Below, piece after piece: positions 1 to 10,319 of a DNA stretch of 64,000 bases. The DNA comes from Narcine bancroftii (lineage: Eukaryota): the NCBI RefSeq assembly GCF_036971445.1, contig NC_091470.1, positions 192,758,001 through 192,822,000 on the forward strand, in the 5' to 3' direction. Under the pieces are notes generated by a model that saw nothing but the letters and a program-made list of their open reading frames with translations, ran no database searches and was not told the origin of the DNA. Position 1 is the first letter of the stretch. Each line of letters opens with the position of its first letter. A program made the position numbers and the translations under genes.

Positions 1-509
1 GGCCAGCGGGCGAAGGTGGAATATGTCCATTTTGGCTCACAATATGGGCCTCCTCAGGATATGAAGCAGGTCAAGTGACTGAGGGGGGGCCACTTTGGAA
101 CCAGTGACCAGAAGACCAGTGGGCGTGGCACGGTCAGCACAGTGCAGGTTCGAACCCACCGCTGCCTGCAGGGGATGCCTTCGGGGGGTCCAGTTACCTC
201 CAAAATGCACAGGTGTTGGCTCTTGGGCCGAAAGGGTCTGTTACTGTGCTGTATGTCTAAATGTAAATTTAAGCTGTGGGAAGTCGACGTGGCAGCCCTT
301 AACTGGGGCACGGCTAACCCTGAGGGCATTAGGGCAGGAACTTATGCAGGTTGATTGGGAGGAGGGACAGTTTGAGGTAAAGTTGCCTCTGGAAGGAAGG
401 GCGAGGCTGACAGGGGTAGGGAGATGAGCTGACTGGGCAGGAAGAAGGGGGATGTACGCCAGCTGGGATCATGGTTGAAGAGGAACATCAGGAAGGCAAA
501 TGGATGATG

Positions 510-1310
510 TCAAGTTCCTTCTCATCCAGTTTATTCTCATCTGATTGTACAAGTTTACAACCCGACAAAACAGTGTTCTCTGGTCCTCGGTGCCTAACAC
601 GCAGTCACACAACCAGACATAATACACACAGACAAACACTACAGCCATGCCTCGACATGCCCAATCAAGTAACATCTGATCGCAGATGCGTCCAAGGTCA
701 CCATAAGGGATTAATAAAAATTTATGCCATGAATTTATGTTGTACAGAAAGTCGAGGGGCCCAGGGGAGAGTCTGTGGATGGAACATCGGGATTTCTGGG
801 GTTCAGGTGTCTGAGTGACTGCGGTTGGATGTCAGGACCTCCAGTGGGTGGGCAGCCGGGGCGAAGATCTGTGGTCAGGCAGCAAGGAGTTAGGAGAGAG
901 TCTGTGGACAGTACGTTGGGATATCGAGGATCCGTGGTCGGGGCGCCGGGATCTCGAGATGGGTGGGTAGTCGGGGTGACAGGAGCTCTAGTGAATGGGC
1001 AGCTGGGGTGAGGATCCGCGGTCAGGAGCAGCTGAAAGATGACATGTGCCCTCTTCAAACAACAATCCTGGTCGATCACGTCAATGGGGGGAGGGAGACC
1101 CCAGTGATCCTCTCTGCTACTATAATAGTCCTGTGGATTGACCTCCGATCCATTTCTCTGCAGCAACACTGATGCAGACTGGCCAGGACACTCTCGATAG
1201 AGCTCCTATAGGTTGACGTGACGGTGGCTGGTAGTCTCGTCCATGTCAGCCTTCTTAGGAAGTGCAGACGCTGTTGCACCTTCCTGACAAGTGAGGAGAT
1301 GTTGTGGACA
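510..1310 (-). mobile_element. Rex1/Babar LINE 3' fragment, interrupted by a degenerate GC-rich repeat (~740-1010)
   Basis: ORF 1076-1351 LVRKVQQRLHFLRRL...YRSSIESVL; the tail at 510-620 is the reverse complement of 3130-3220. Confidence 0.75.
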
Positions 1311-1314
1311 GTGA

Positions 1315-2110
1315 GGAAGGTTTTCAAAGCTTGCAGAAGGATCTGGACCAACTAGGAGAATGGGTCAGTAAATGACAGATGGAGTTTAATGCAGACAAGT
1401 GTGTGATACATGTTGGGAAGGGCAAACCAAGGTAGGACATGGTAATTGAGGAGTGTGGAGGAGCAGAGTGATCTGGGGATACAGATACATTGTTCCCTGA
1501 AAATGGTGTCGCAGATGGACAGGGTTGTAAAGAAAAGTTTTGGTATCTTATAAATCAAAGTATTGAGTATAGGGGTTGGGATATTATGTTGAAGTTGTTT
1601 AAGACATTGGTGAGGCCAAATTTGGAGAATTGTGTGTAGTTCTGATCACCAAACTACAGGAAGGATATCAATAAGATTGAAAGAGTGCAGAAAAGATTTA
1701 CTTGGATGTTGCCAGATCTTCAGGAGTAGAGTTACAGGGAAAGATTAAACAGGTTAGGACTTTATTCCATGGAGCGATGAAGAATGAGGGGAGATTTGAT
1801 AGAGGTTTACAAGATTATGAGAGGTAGAGATAGATTGGATGTGAGGAGACTTTTTCCACTTAGATGGGGGAGATAAATACAAGGGGGTCATAGTTTTAAG
1901 CTGAAGGGGGAAAAGTTTAGGGGGAAGATTAGGGGAAAGTTCTTCACTTAGAGGGTGGTGGGAGTGTGGAACGAGCTGCCATCTGATGTGAATGTGGGCT
2001 CAATCGTGTGTTTTAAGAATAAATTGGATAGATACATGGATGGGAGAGGCCTGCAGGGTCGTGGAGTGGGAGCCGGTCAATGGGACCAGCGGAATAATGG
2101 TCAGCACAGG
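1315..2110 (+). mobile_element. CR1 3' fragment (second subfamily)
   Basis: RT C-terminal DNA (gtgaggccaaatttggag, caggaaggatatcaataagattgaaagagtgcag) running into a CR1 3' region. Confidence 0.85.
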
Positions 2111-2321
2111 TGGAATTACATATAGAAAGGGAGGGGGAGAGTATCTACGGGAGGGACCCAGAGGTGATAGGAGAGGTGAAAGGAGAGAACCGTGGGAGGT
2201 GGAGAAAAAAGTTAGGCAGAAGGGAAAAAAATTAAAAGAGTGACAGAAATAGTGGAACCAGACAGGGGTGGGGGTTTTGCTTATCATTGGAACACTTGAT
2301 TTTCATGTTGGTGGTCTAAGG

Positions 2322-2672
2322 CAGTGGTTCTCAACCTTTTTCTTTCCACTCACATCCCACTTTAAGTAATCCCCATGCCACCGGTGCTCTGTGATTAGTA
2401 AGGGATTGCTTAAGGTGGGATGTGAATGGAAAGAAAAAGTTTGAAAGCCCCTGTTTTAACTGTCCCCCATTAAGTTGTTATGTGCATGGTTTCAGATCTC
2501 CAAAGGAAATGGGCCAATATCAATTTTTCTCAAGCAAAATATTTCAGTCACAATTAGGTCTAGAGCAGTGATTCTCAACCTTCCCTTCCCACCTTAAGCA
2601 ACCCCTTACCAATGGCCTAGGGATTACTTAAAAGTGGGATGTGAGTAGAAAGAAAATGGTTGAGGACCACTG
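2322..2672. mobile_element. hAT-Charlie-type MITE
   Basis: TIRs cagtggttctcaacc / ggttgaggaccactg with extended subterminal inverted repeats; 8-bp TSD gtctaagg / gtctaaag. Confidence 0.88.
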
Positions 2673-2704
2673 GTCTAAAGCTGTCCAGGAGCCTTATCTT
2701 CTAT

Positions 2705-3220
2705 AGGATCTCTACCAAGAGCATCCTGGCCAGGCTGCATCACGGCGAGGGGACGGTTGCTGCAGAGAAGTGGATCGGAGGTCAATCCACAGGAACAGAA
2801 TAGTGATGCAGCCTGGCCAGCCCCTCCACCCCCCTCCCCCCATCAACGTGATCTACCGGGACCGTTGCCTGAAGAGGACGCGCAGAATCATCAAGGACCC
2901 CTTTCCAGCCCCGCACACAGCATCGTTCAGCTGCTCCCGTTGGGGAAAAGATCCAGGAGGATCAGAGCCAGCACCACAAGGCCAAGGAACATGGGCCGTG
3001 AGAACGCTGAACGACCAAAGGAACTGCTCACATTGACCTTCCGATACGGTTATCCATCTGAAACAATATTGATTTATTTGTGCAGATGAATAATTGTCCA
3101 GGATATGTACATTTTGTCTGTACATGTGCTACGTCTGCTTGTGTGTCTGCACCGAGGACCAGAGGACGCTGTTTCGTTGGGTTGTACTTTACAATCAAAT
3201 TACAATAAACTTGATTTGAT
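2705..3220 (+). mobile_element. Rex1/Babar LINE 3' fragment
   Basis: DRRSIHR, IYRDRCLKRTRRIIKDP; ends aataaacttgatttga; inverted relative to 510-1310. Confidence 0.75.
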
Positions 3221-5653
3221 GAGAAATAGGATGTGTTGTTCCTTAAGTTCAATGTTTAGTGCTATCAGGGAGTAGATGAAGCCAAGGTTGGTGGGGGGGG
3301 GGGGGGGTGGAGAGAGTTGAAACTGTCGGTGAAAGGTAATTCAAGCGTAGACCCAATGATGAAGCACAGATGTTGGACAGAGCAGGTCACCCAGTCTATG
3401 TTTGCAGAGGAGGCAACACCAAATGCAGATCTCTACCCCGCCCGGACGGTGCATCCCAGGACCTGGATGGTGGTGGAGAGATTGGTTACGGTGGCAAGTG
3501 TCTTGGGGGAGGGGGTTGGAAAAGGAAATGTTGGAAAGCCTTATTTGGACAGGGATGGGAAAGGAATGGGATCAAGCAGAGGTTGGATGCAGAGGTTGTG
3601 GACTGCGTTAGCAGATGAAATATTCCAGAGACAGGAATGGGTGTCGAGGTTTTAGATGGGAAAGAGAAGGGGACAAATGGAGACGGAGGGGTTAACATTG
3701 CCAATTAGGGAAATACCCACTGAGGCAGTGTGGGCAGAGATCAAAAATAGGAAAGTCAGGGACAGCTCGTTTCTTGCTGATGATGTAAAAGGTGCATCCA
3801 GCTCCTGACAAACTGAGTTAGGATGAAATGGATCTTGAGAGGTAGTCGTCCCTAAAGGTCAGGAGACAGGTAACAAGAGAGGGAAGGGGAAGAGGCAGAA
3901 AGAGCAGATACCCCTCTGGCCGTTCCCCTCAACAGGTAGAATGTTTTAGAGGCTGCTGGTGGAGGGGACCTACCTGAGAACAAGTTGAGGTGGTCACATC
4001 TCCAGCATAGAGGGTGACCCCTTGTCTCGGAGAGGAAGGAGGGTGGGGAGGAGAGCAATGGTTGATTGGGGACTCGTGCACAGGACAAGTGGATGGGAGG
4101 TTCCTTGAACAAGATCTAGGCTCCCAGGTGCCAGGGTCTGGGATGTCTCTGATCAAGTTCAGAGCATTCTGGAGGGAGAAGGTGAGCAGCCAGATGTTGT
4201 GGTCCACGAGGGGACCAATGACATACAGTAGGTCGGAGTAGGGATGAGGTCCTGAAGAGGGAATATGGAGTTAGAAAAGTAGTTAAAAAGCAAGACGTCA
4301 AGTGTGGTAATCGCAGGATCGCTGCCTGTGCCACGCACTGGAGGGGATAGGAACAGGAAGTTGTGGCAGATGAATGCATGAAGAGTTGGTGCAGGGGTTC
4401 CAATTTCTGGATCATTGGGATCTCTTCTGGGGAAGGTCTGACCTGTACAAAAAGGACGGGCTGCATCTGAACTGGAGGGGACCAATATCCTGGCGGGCAG
4501 GTTTGCTCGACCTGTTGGGGGGGGGGGGTGGTTTAAACTGGTTTGACAGGGGGTGGGAATCAGAATGTGAGGGCAGAGATTAGGGTAGAAAGACAGAAGC
4601 ATGATGCGAGGTGTTCTGAGTTGGAGAGGATGGACGGGCAGGGGACAGAACCTAGAGGGAGCCAGTTAGAGGGGTTGGAAGGTGTCTATTTCAACATTGG
4701 GAGTATTAGGAATAAAGGATGAACTTAGAGCTTGAATCAGTACGTGGAACTACAATGTTGTGGCTGTTACTGAAACCTGGCTGGAGGAAGGACAGGATTG
4801 GCTGATGCAGCGACCAAGGTTTAGGTGTTTTAAAACGAATAGAGTGGGAGGTAGAAAAGGGCGTGGAGTAGCATTACTGGTCAGGGACAGTATCACGGCC
4901 ATAGAAAAGGAGGGGCTGCAGAGGGAGGATCCACTGAGTCAGTGTGAGTGGAAAATCATACAGGAAGGGAGCTCTCACTGGGCTGGGAGCCCTCTTCAGG
5001 CCCCCAAATAGCCCTCAGGACCCCACGTAGCAGATAACCAGGCAGATTTTGGAATCGTGCACAAAATACAGGATTGTAGTTATGGGTGATTTCAACTTCC
5101 CTAATATTGACTGGCACCTATTGACTGCTGGATTTGTCAGGAGTGTCCAAGAAGGATTCGTGACCCAGTCTGCGGACCGGCCGGCGAGAGGAGAGGCCAA
5201 ACTGGATCTGGTTCTGAGGAATGAACCTGGTCAGGTGATGGAGCTCTTGGTGGGAGTGATCACAACTCCCTGAGCTTCAACACAGCAATGGAAAAGGATA
5301 AAAAGACAAACTAGGAAAGTGCTTAATTGGGGAAGGCAAATTATGAAGGGATGAAGCAGGAACTAGCGGGAATAAATTGGAATGTGATGTTTTTTTGTTT
5401 TTTTTAAATTTTTTATTTTTCACACCATAAATCACATTAGCCATGATATACACTATTTCTTTTTCACACATATACAGTGACTTTTTCTTCCCCCCCCCTT
5501 TCCTCCCAAAGCACCCCCCCACGCCCCCCTCTCATCCATTTTAGGTATACAATCTAGGTTGCATTAAGCCAGTCAGACAATGTTGTCCTTCAACAAAATT
5601 ACACCAGAAATTCTACTGAGTCCATTCTTTTCTTTCCTTCTCCTTCCATCAAC

Positions 5654-5861
5654 TTAGGTAATGTTTGTCCCCGGTAGGTTTTCGCTATTGTATTTAATGT
5701 AAGACTCCTATACTTGTTCGAATATTTCAATATTATTTCTTAACCTATATGTTATTTTTTCTAATGGAATACATTTATTCATTTAAATTTAGTAGTTTCT
5801 TCCTTTTAATTTGGTTATGTATTCCATTAATATTTAAAGACATATAGTTCAGCGTAGCCCT
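5654..5861 (-). pseudogene. Fused remnants of L1 ORF2 N-terminus and C-terminus
   Basis: 5861-5784 reads (R)ATLNYMSLNINGIHNQIKRKKLLNL (APE start, probable ATG>AGG); 5782-5654 reads MNKCIPLEKITYRLRNNIEIFEQV*ESYIKY (ORF2 tail) in another frame. Confidence 0.8.
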
Positions 5862-6459
5862 TTTATATTTTGTTTATCTTCTCTTTCCGTTTTTCCATCA
5901 TTACCTTTCCTCCTTTTCCATTTCTGTTTTCTTATTTTCAACTCTTTATAAGACAACATTCCTACAACATCCAACATTTTCCTTATTCTCCTATTTCTAT
6001 CTTATTTATCCCCAATCTCCCCTTCACCTCTTGAGTTGTCCTTTATCCCTTGTCGGACAACCACATCTCCCCTCTCCATTTGGATTTGCGAATCCACTCG
6101 CAAGCGTCAACTGATTTTGCAGTGACCGCTATTTCCCCCCACCCCGCCTCCCCCAGAAAAGATTTCACTTTTCATATGTCACAAAGGTCACTCTTTTAAT
6201 TCCCTCCTTATTCTCTCTATTCCATTACCTTCCCTTATTAATTCTTGTCTATACTATCTATATTTTCCTCTAAGTACAGATACATTCATGTATGCTCATT
6301 GTCTCTATTCACTCTTATACCTCTTTACCCGCATACATATCAATCGTGATCATTTTTACTCTCATTACCCGTCTTCCTCCCTCAGTCTATTTTTGTCTTT
6401 ACCCACATACATATCAATGTGATCATTTTAACTCTCATTACCCGTCTTCCTCCCTCAGT

Positions 6460-7689
6460 CTATTTTTGTAATTGTTCTGCAAATTTTCGTGCTTCTTCTG
6501 GATCCGAGAATAGTCTGTTTTGTTGTCCTGGAATAAATATTTTCAATACCGCTGGATGCTTTAGTATAAATTTATACCCTTTCTTCCATAAAATCGCCTT
6601 TGCTGTATTGAACTCTTTTCTCTTCTTTAGGAGTTCAAAACTTATATCTGGATAAATGAAGATTTTTTGCCCTTTGTACTCCAGTGGTTTGTTGCCCTCT
6701 CTTACTTTTTCCATTGTCTTCTCCAGTACCTTTTCTCTTGTAGTATATCTTAGGAATTTTACTACAATAGATCTTGGTTTTTGTTGTGGTTGTGGTTTAG
6801 AGGCCAATACTCTATGTGCCCTTTCTATTTCCATTTCTTGCTGTAGTTCTGGACATCCTAGGGTCTTAGGGATCCACTCTTTTATAAACTCCCTCATATT
6901 CTTGCCTTCTTCATCTTCCTTAAGGCCCACTATCTTTATGTTATTTCTTCTGTTATGGTTTTCCATTGTATCTATTTTTTGAGCTAGTAGTTCTTGTGTT
7001 TCTTTAGTTTTTTTATTAGATTTCTCCAATTTCTTTTTTAAGTCTTCTACCTCCATTTCTGCTGCTACTGCCCGCTCTTCCATCTTGTCCATTTTCTTTC
7101 CCATTTCTGTTAAGGTCATCTCCATTTTATTTATTTTCTCTTCTGTGTTGTTTATTCTTTTTCTTAAATCCTTAAATTCCTGTGTTTGCCATTCTTTAAA
7201 TGACTCCATGTATCCTTTAATAAGAGCAAGTATATCCTTTATCTTGCCTTTCTTTTCTTCTTCTATTTCACTGTACTCTTCCTCTTCCTCTTCTTCTTCC
7301 TCTGGGTTGACCATCTGTTGTTTCTTTGGTGCCCTTTCCTCCTCTTCTTTCTTGTTTCTATTGTCTTCTGTGGCCTCTTCTTGCTGCAGGTGTTCTGCAG
7401 CTGTCGTTGCCGGCTGTGGAGATCGACTCCCCAGCTGGTCCCCCCTCCCGTCGGTGTGTTTTTTTTCATTCGCATCGCGCATGTGCGAAGTATCGCGCAT
7501 GCGCGGTTGCGCACTTTTACTCGGCTCTGTGAGCCATTTTTGTAGTCCATTATTTACCGACCTGAGGGAGCGGGTTTCTCTCTCCGCAGCGGGCCTCTTC
7601 GGACAGGTAAGGCCTTCACCTTTTTCCTCCTTTGTCTTCTCTTCCTCTCTTCTTACCGTTGCTTTCGATTTTTCTTTTTTTGTCGCCAT
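6460..7689 (-). CDS. L1 ORF1p (coiled coil + RRM + CTD; Transposase_22-like), 409 aa, uninterrupted
   Basis: Motifs ENHNRRNNIKIVGLKE, IERAHR, PRSIVVKFL, IFIYPDIS, HPAVLKI and a heptad-rich region. Confidence 0.93.
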   Translation of the reverse strand: MATKKEKSKATVRREEEKTKEEKGEGLTCPKRPAAERETRSLRSVNNGLQKWLTEPSKSAQPRMRDTSHMRDANEKKHTDGRGDQLGSRSPQPATTAAEHLQQEEATEDNRNKKEEEERAPKKQQMVNPEEEEEEEEEYSEIEEEKKGKIKDILALIKGYMESFKEWQTQEFKDLRKRINNTEEKINKMEMTLTEMGKKMDKMEERAVAAEMEVEDLKKKLEKSNKKTKETQELLAQKIDTMENHNRRNNIKIVGLKEDEEGKNMREFIKEWIPKTLGCPELQQEMEIERAHRVLASKPQPQQKPRSIVVKFLRYTTREKVLEKTMEKVREGNKPLEYKGQKIFIYPDISFELLKKRKEFNTAKAILWKKGYKFILKHPAVLKIFIPGQQNRLFSDPEEARKFAEQLQK

Positions 7690-8249
7690 CTTCTTTCCAC
7701 CTTTATACTCACTTTTCTGTAACTTTTATTTCTGTGCCTTTGTGTTTTCCTTTGTTTTTCCCGACTTTTCTGGAGAGGGCTGGAGTTCACCGTCCGGCCA
7801 CTACTCCATCACGTGACTCCTCTCGGAATGTGATGTTTAATGGTGAAAGCGCAGATGAAATGTAGAGGAAGTTTAGGGACCACTTGCGCTGGGTTCAGGA
7901 TAGGTTTGACTCACTGGGACAAGGAAAAGATGGTAGAAAAGGGAACTGTGGCCAATGAAGCAGGTCAGGCATTTAGACAAGAGTAAGAAGGAAGTAAACA
8001 TTAGATATAGGAGACAGGAAGAGCTCATGAGAAGTGTCTGGTGGCCAGGAAGGAGCTTATGAAAGGACTTAGGGAGAGCTCGAAGGGGGCATGAGAAGAC
8101 CTTGGCCGGTAGAATTAAGGAGAACCTCAAGGTGTTCTATGCGTATGTGAAGAAGGATGATGAGAATGAAGGAGGGGTCACTAAAGGATAAAGGAGGCAA
8201 CGTGTTCCTGGAGGTTGAGGAGGTTCTAAATGAATACTTTGCATCAGTC

Positions 8250-8558
8250 TTTCTTTGGCTTGGCTTCACGGACGAAGATTTATGGAGGGGTATGTCCACG
8301 TCTGCTGCAGGCTCGTTGGTGACTGACAAGTCCGATGTGGGACAGGCAGGCACGGTTGCAGTGGTTGCAAGGGAAAATTGGTTGGTTGGGTGTTGGGTTT
8401 TTCCTCCTTTGTCTTTTGTCAGTGAGGTGGGCTCTGCGGTCTTCTTCAAAGGAGGTTGCTGCCCGCCGAACTGTGAGGCGCCAAGATGCACGGTTGGAGG
8501 GGATATCAGCCCACTGGCGGTGGTCAATGTGGCAGGCACCAAGAGATTTCTTTAAGCA
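8250..8558 (-). mobile_element. 5'-truncated RTE-clade LINE 3' end inserted in CR1
   Basis: Reverse complement of the distal ~310 bp of the RTE copy at 53116-53804; tail gccaagccaaagaaag; flanked by imperfect tttgcatcagt / tttgcgtcagt. Confidence 0.88.
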
Positions 8559-8743
8559 GTATTTGCGTCAGTATTCACCAGACAAAAGGTCCTTGATCAG
8601 GGCTAGGTTGAAATTGAACAGTATTTGCGTCAGTATTCACCAGACAAAAGGACCTTGATCAGGGCTAGGTTGAAATTGAACAGTATTTGCGTCAGTATTC
8701 ACCAGACAAAAGGACCTTGATCAGGGCTAGGTTGAAATTGAAC
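8557..8743 (+). repeat. 62-bp tandem triplication of CR1 sequence
   Basis: cagtatttgcgtcagtattcaccagacaaaaggaccttgatcagggctaggttgaaattgaa starts at 8557, 8619 and 8681. Confidence 0.95.
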
Positions 8744-10319
8744 GCCTGTGACTGGATAATGTGGAGATTAAGGAAGAGGAAGTGTTGGATCTTCATAAAC
8801 ACATCAAGATTGATAAGTCCCCAGGGGACGCAATATACCCCGGGCTGCTGTGGGAAGTGATGGAAGAGGGAGCTGGGGCAGTAGTTATAATGTTTGAATC
8901 TTCTTTGGCCACAGGGGAGGTGCCGGACGATTGGAGAATGACAAATGTTTAAAAAAGGTAATAGGGAGAATCCTGGGAATTATAGACAGCGAGTCTTACG
9001 TCAGTGGTGTGTAAACTAATGGAGAGGATTCTTAAGAATAGGATCTATGAGCATTTGGAGAAGTTCAGTCTACTCAAGGATAGTCAGCAGGGCTTTGTGA
9101 AGGAAAGGTTATTCCTCATGAGCCTAATGGAGTCTTTTGAGGAGGTAACAAAATAAATTGATGACGGTCAGGTGGTAGATTTGGTCTATGTGGATTTTAA
9201 CAAGGCATTTAACAATGTCCCACACCATCTGGAGACTCATCCAGAAAGTCTCGAGGCTCAGGATCAGTGGAACCTTGGCTGTGTAGATAAGAATTGGCTT
9301 GTTGGAAGAAAGCAGAGAGTAGTAGTGGAAGGAAAGTATTCTGCCTGGAGGTCAGTGACTAGTGGAGGGCCCACAGGGATCTGTTCTTGGACCCCCTGCT
9401 CTTGGTGATTTTTATGAATGTCCTGGATGAAGTGGAAGGATGGGCCAATAATTTTGAACATGAAGGTTGGAGGAGTTGTGGATGGAGCTGAAGGTTGTCA
9501 AAGGTTACAAGATGATAGAGACAGGATGCAGAGTTGGGCAGAAAAGTGGCAGATGGATTTCAATCTGGATAAGTGTGAGATGATGCATTTTGGAAGGACA
9601 AAGCAGAAGGCTGAGGACAGGGTTAATGGTCGGTTACTTCACAGTGTGGATGAACAGAGGGACCTTGGGGTTCAAATCCATACACCCTTCAAGGTCACCC
9701 ACAGGTTAGTAGGATAGTTATGAAGGCCTATGGGATGTTGGGCTTCATTAATGGGGGGACTGAGTTCAGGAGTAGAGAGGTCATGTTGCAACTGTACAAA
9801 TCTCTGGTGAGACCAAAATTAGAGGATTGTGTTCACTTCTGGTCACCTCATTACTGGAAGGAGATGGAAAATGTGGAGAGGGGGCAGAGGAGATTCACCA
9901 GGATGTTGCCTGGATTGGGAAATAAGTCTTATGAGGCATGTTCGCAGAGCTGGGACTTTTCTCTTTGGAGCGTAGAAGGATGAGAGGAGACTTGATAGAG
10001 GCCGACAAGATGCTGAGAGGCAGAGATACGGTGGATGCCCAGCACCTGTTTCCCAGGGTTGGATCTGCAAACACGTGTGGACAAAGTGAAGGAAGGAAAG
10101 TTTAGGGGAGATGTCAGGGTTAAGTATTTTACACAGAGAGTTGTGGGGGCCGGGAATGCTTTGCCGGGGGTGGTGGTGGAGGCTGGAACATTGGGGGAAT
10201 TTAAGAAGAAAAATAGAGGGTTATGGGGTAGGGAGGGTTTAATTTTTATGTCAGCACAACACCGTGGGCTGTGCTGTTCCATCCAACATTGACAGCATCG
10301 GAGAAGGCAAGTGAAACAG

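Larger units (their letters stand above)
5393..7824 (-). mobile_element. Non-autonomous L1 (ORF1 intact, ORF2 internally deleted), full 5' end, poly-A, 14-bp TSD
   Basis: TSD ggaatgtgatgttt at 5379-5392 and 7825-7838; T-run (poly-A tail) from 5393; the target ends TTT/AA as expected for L1 endonuclease. Confidence 0.93.
3850..10290 (+). mobile_element. Near full-length decayed CR1 LINE (esterase-type ORF1, APE, RT, 3' UTR), interrupted by L1 and RTE insertions
   Basis: IGDS and HWDLFWGRSDLYKKDGLHLN (SGNH esterase); AVTETWL, VMGDFNFPNIDW, LDLVL (APE); DLVYVDFNKAF, WAEKWQMDFNLDKC, LQLYKSLVRPKLEDCVHFWSPH (RT); many stops and frameshifts. Confidence 0.9.

Noticed and set aside
6460-7689. Domesticated L1TD1-like host gene
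   Set aside because: A perfect TSD, a poly-A tail and insertion into a CR1 indicate a recent mobile copy.
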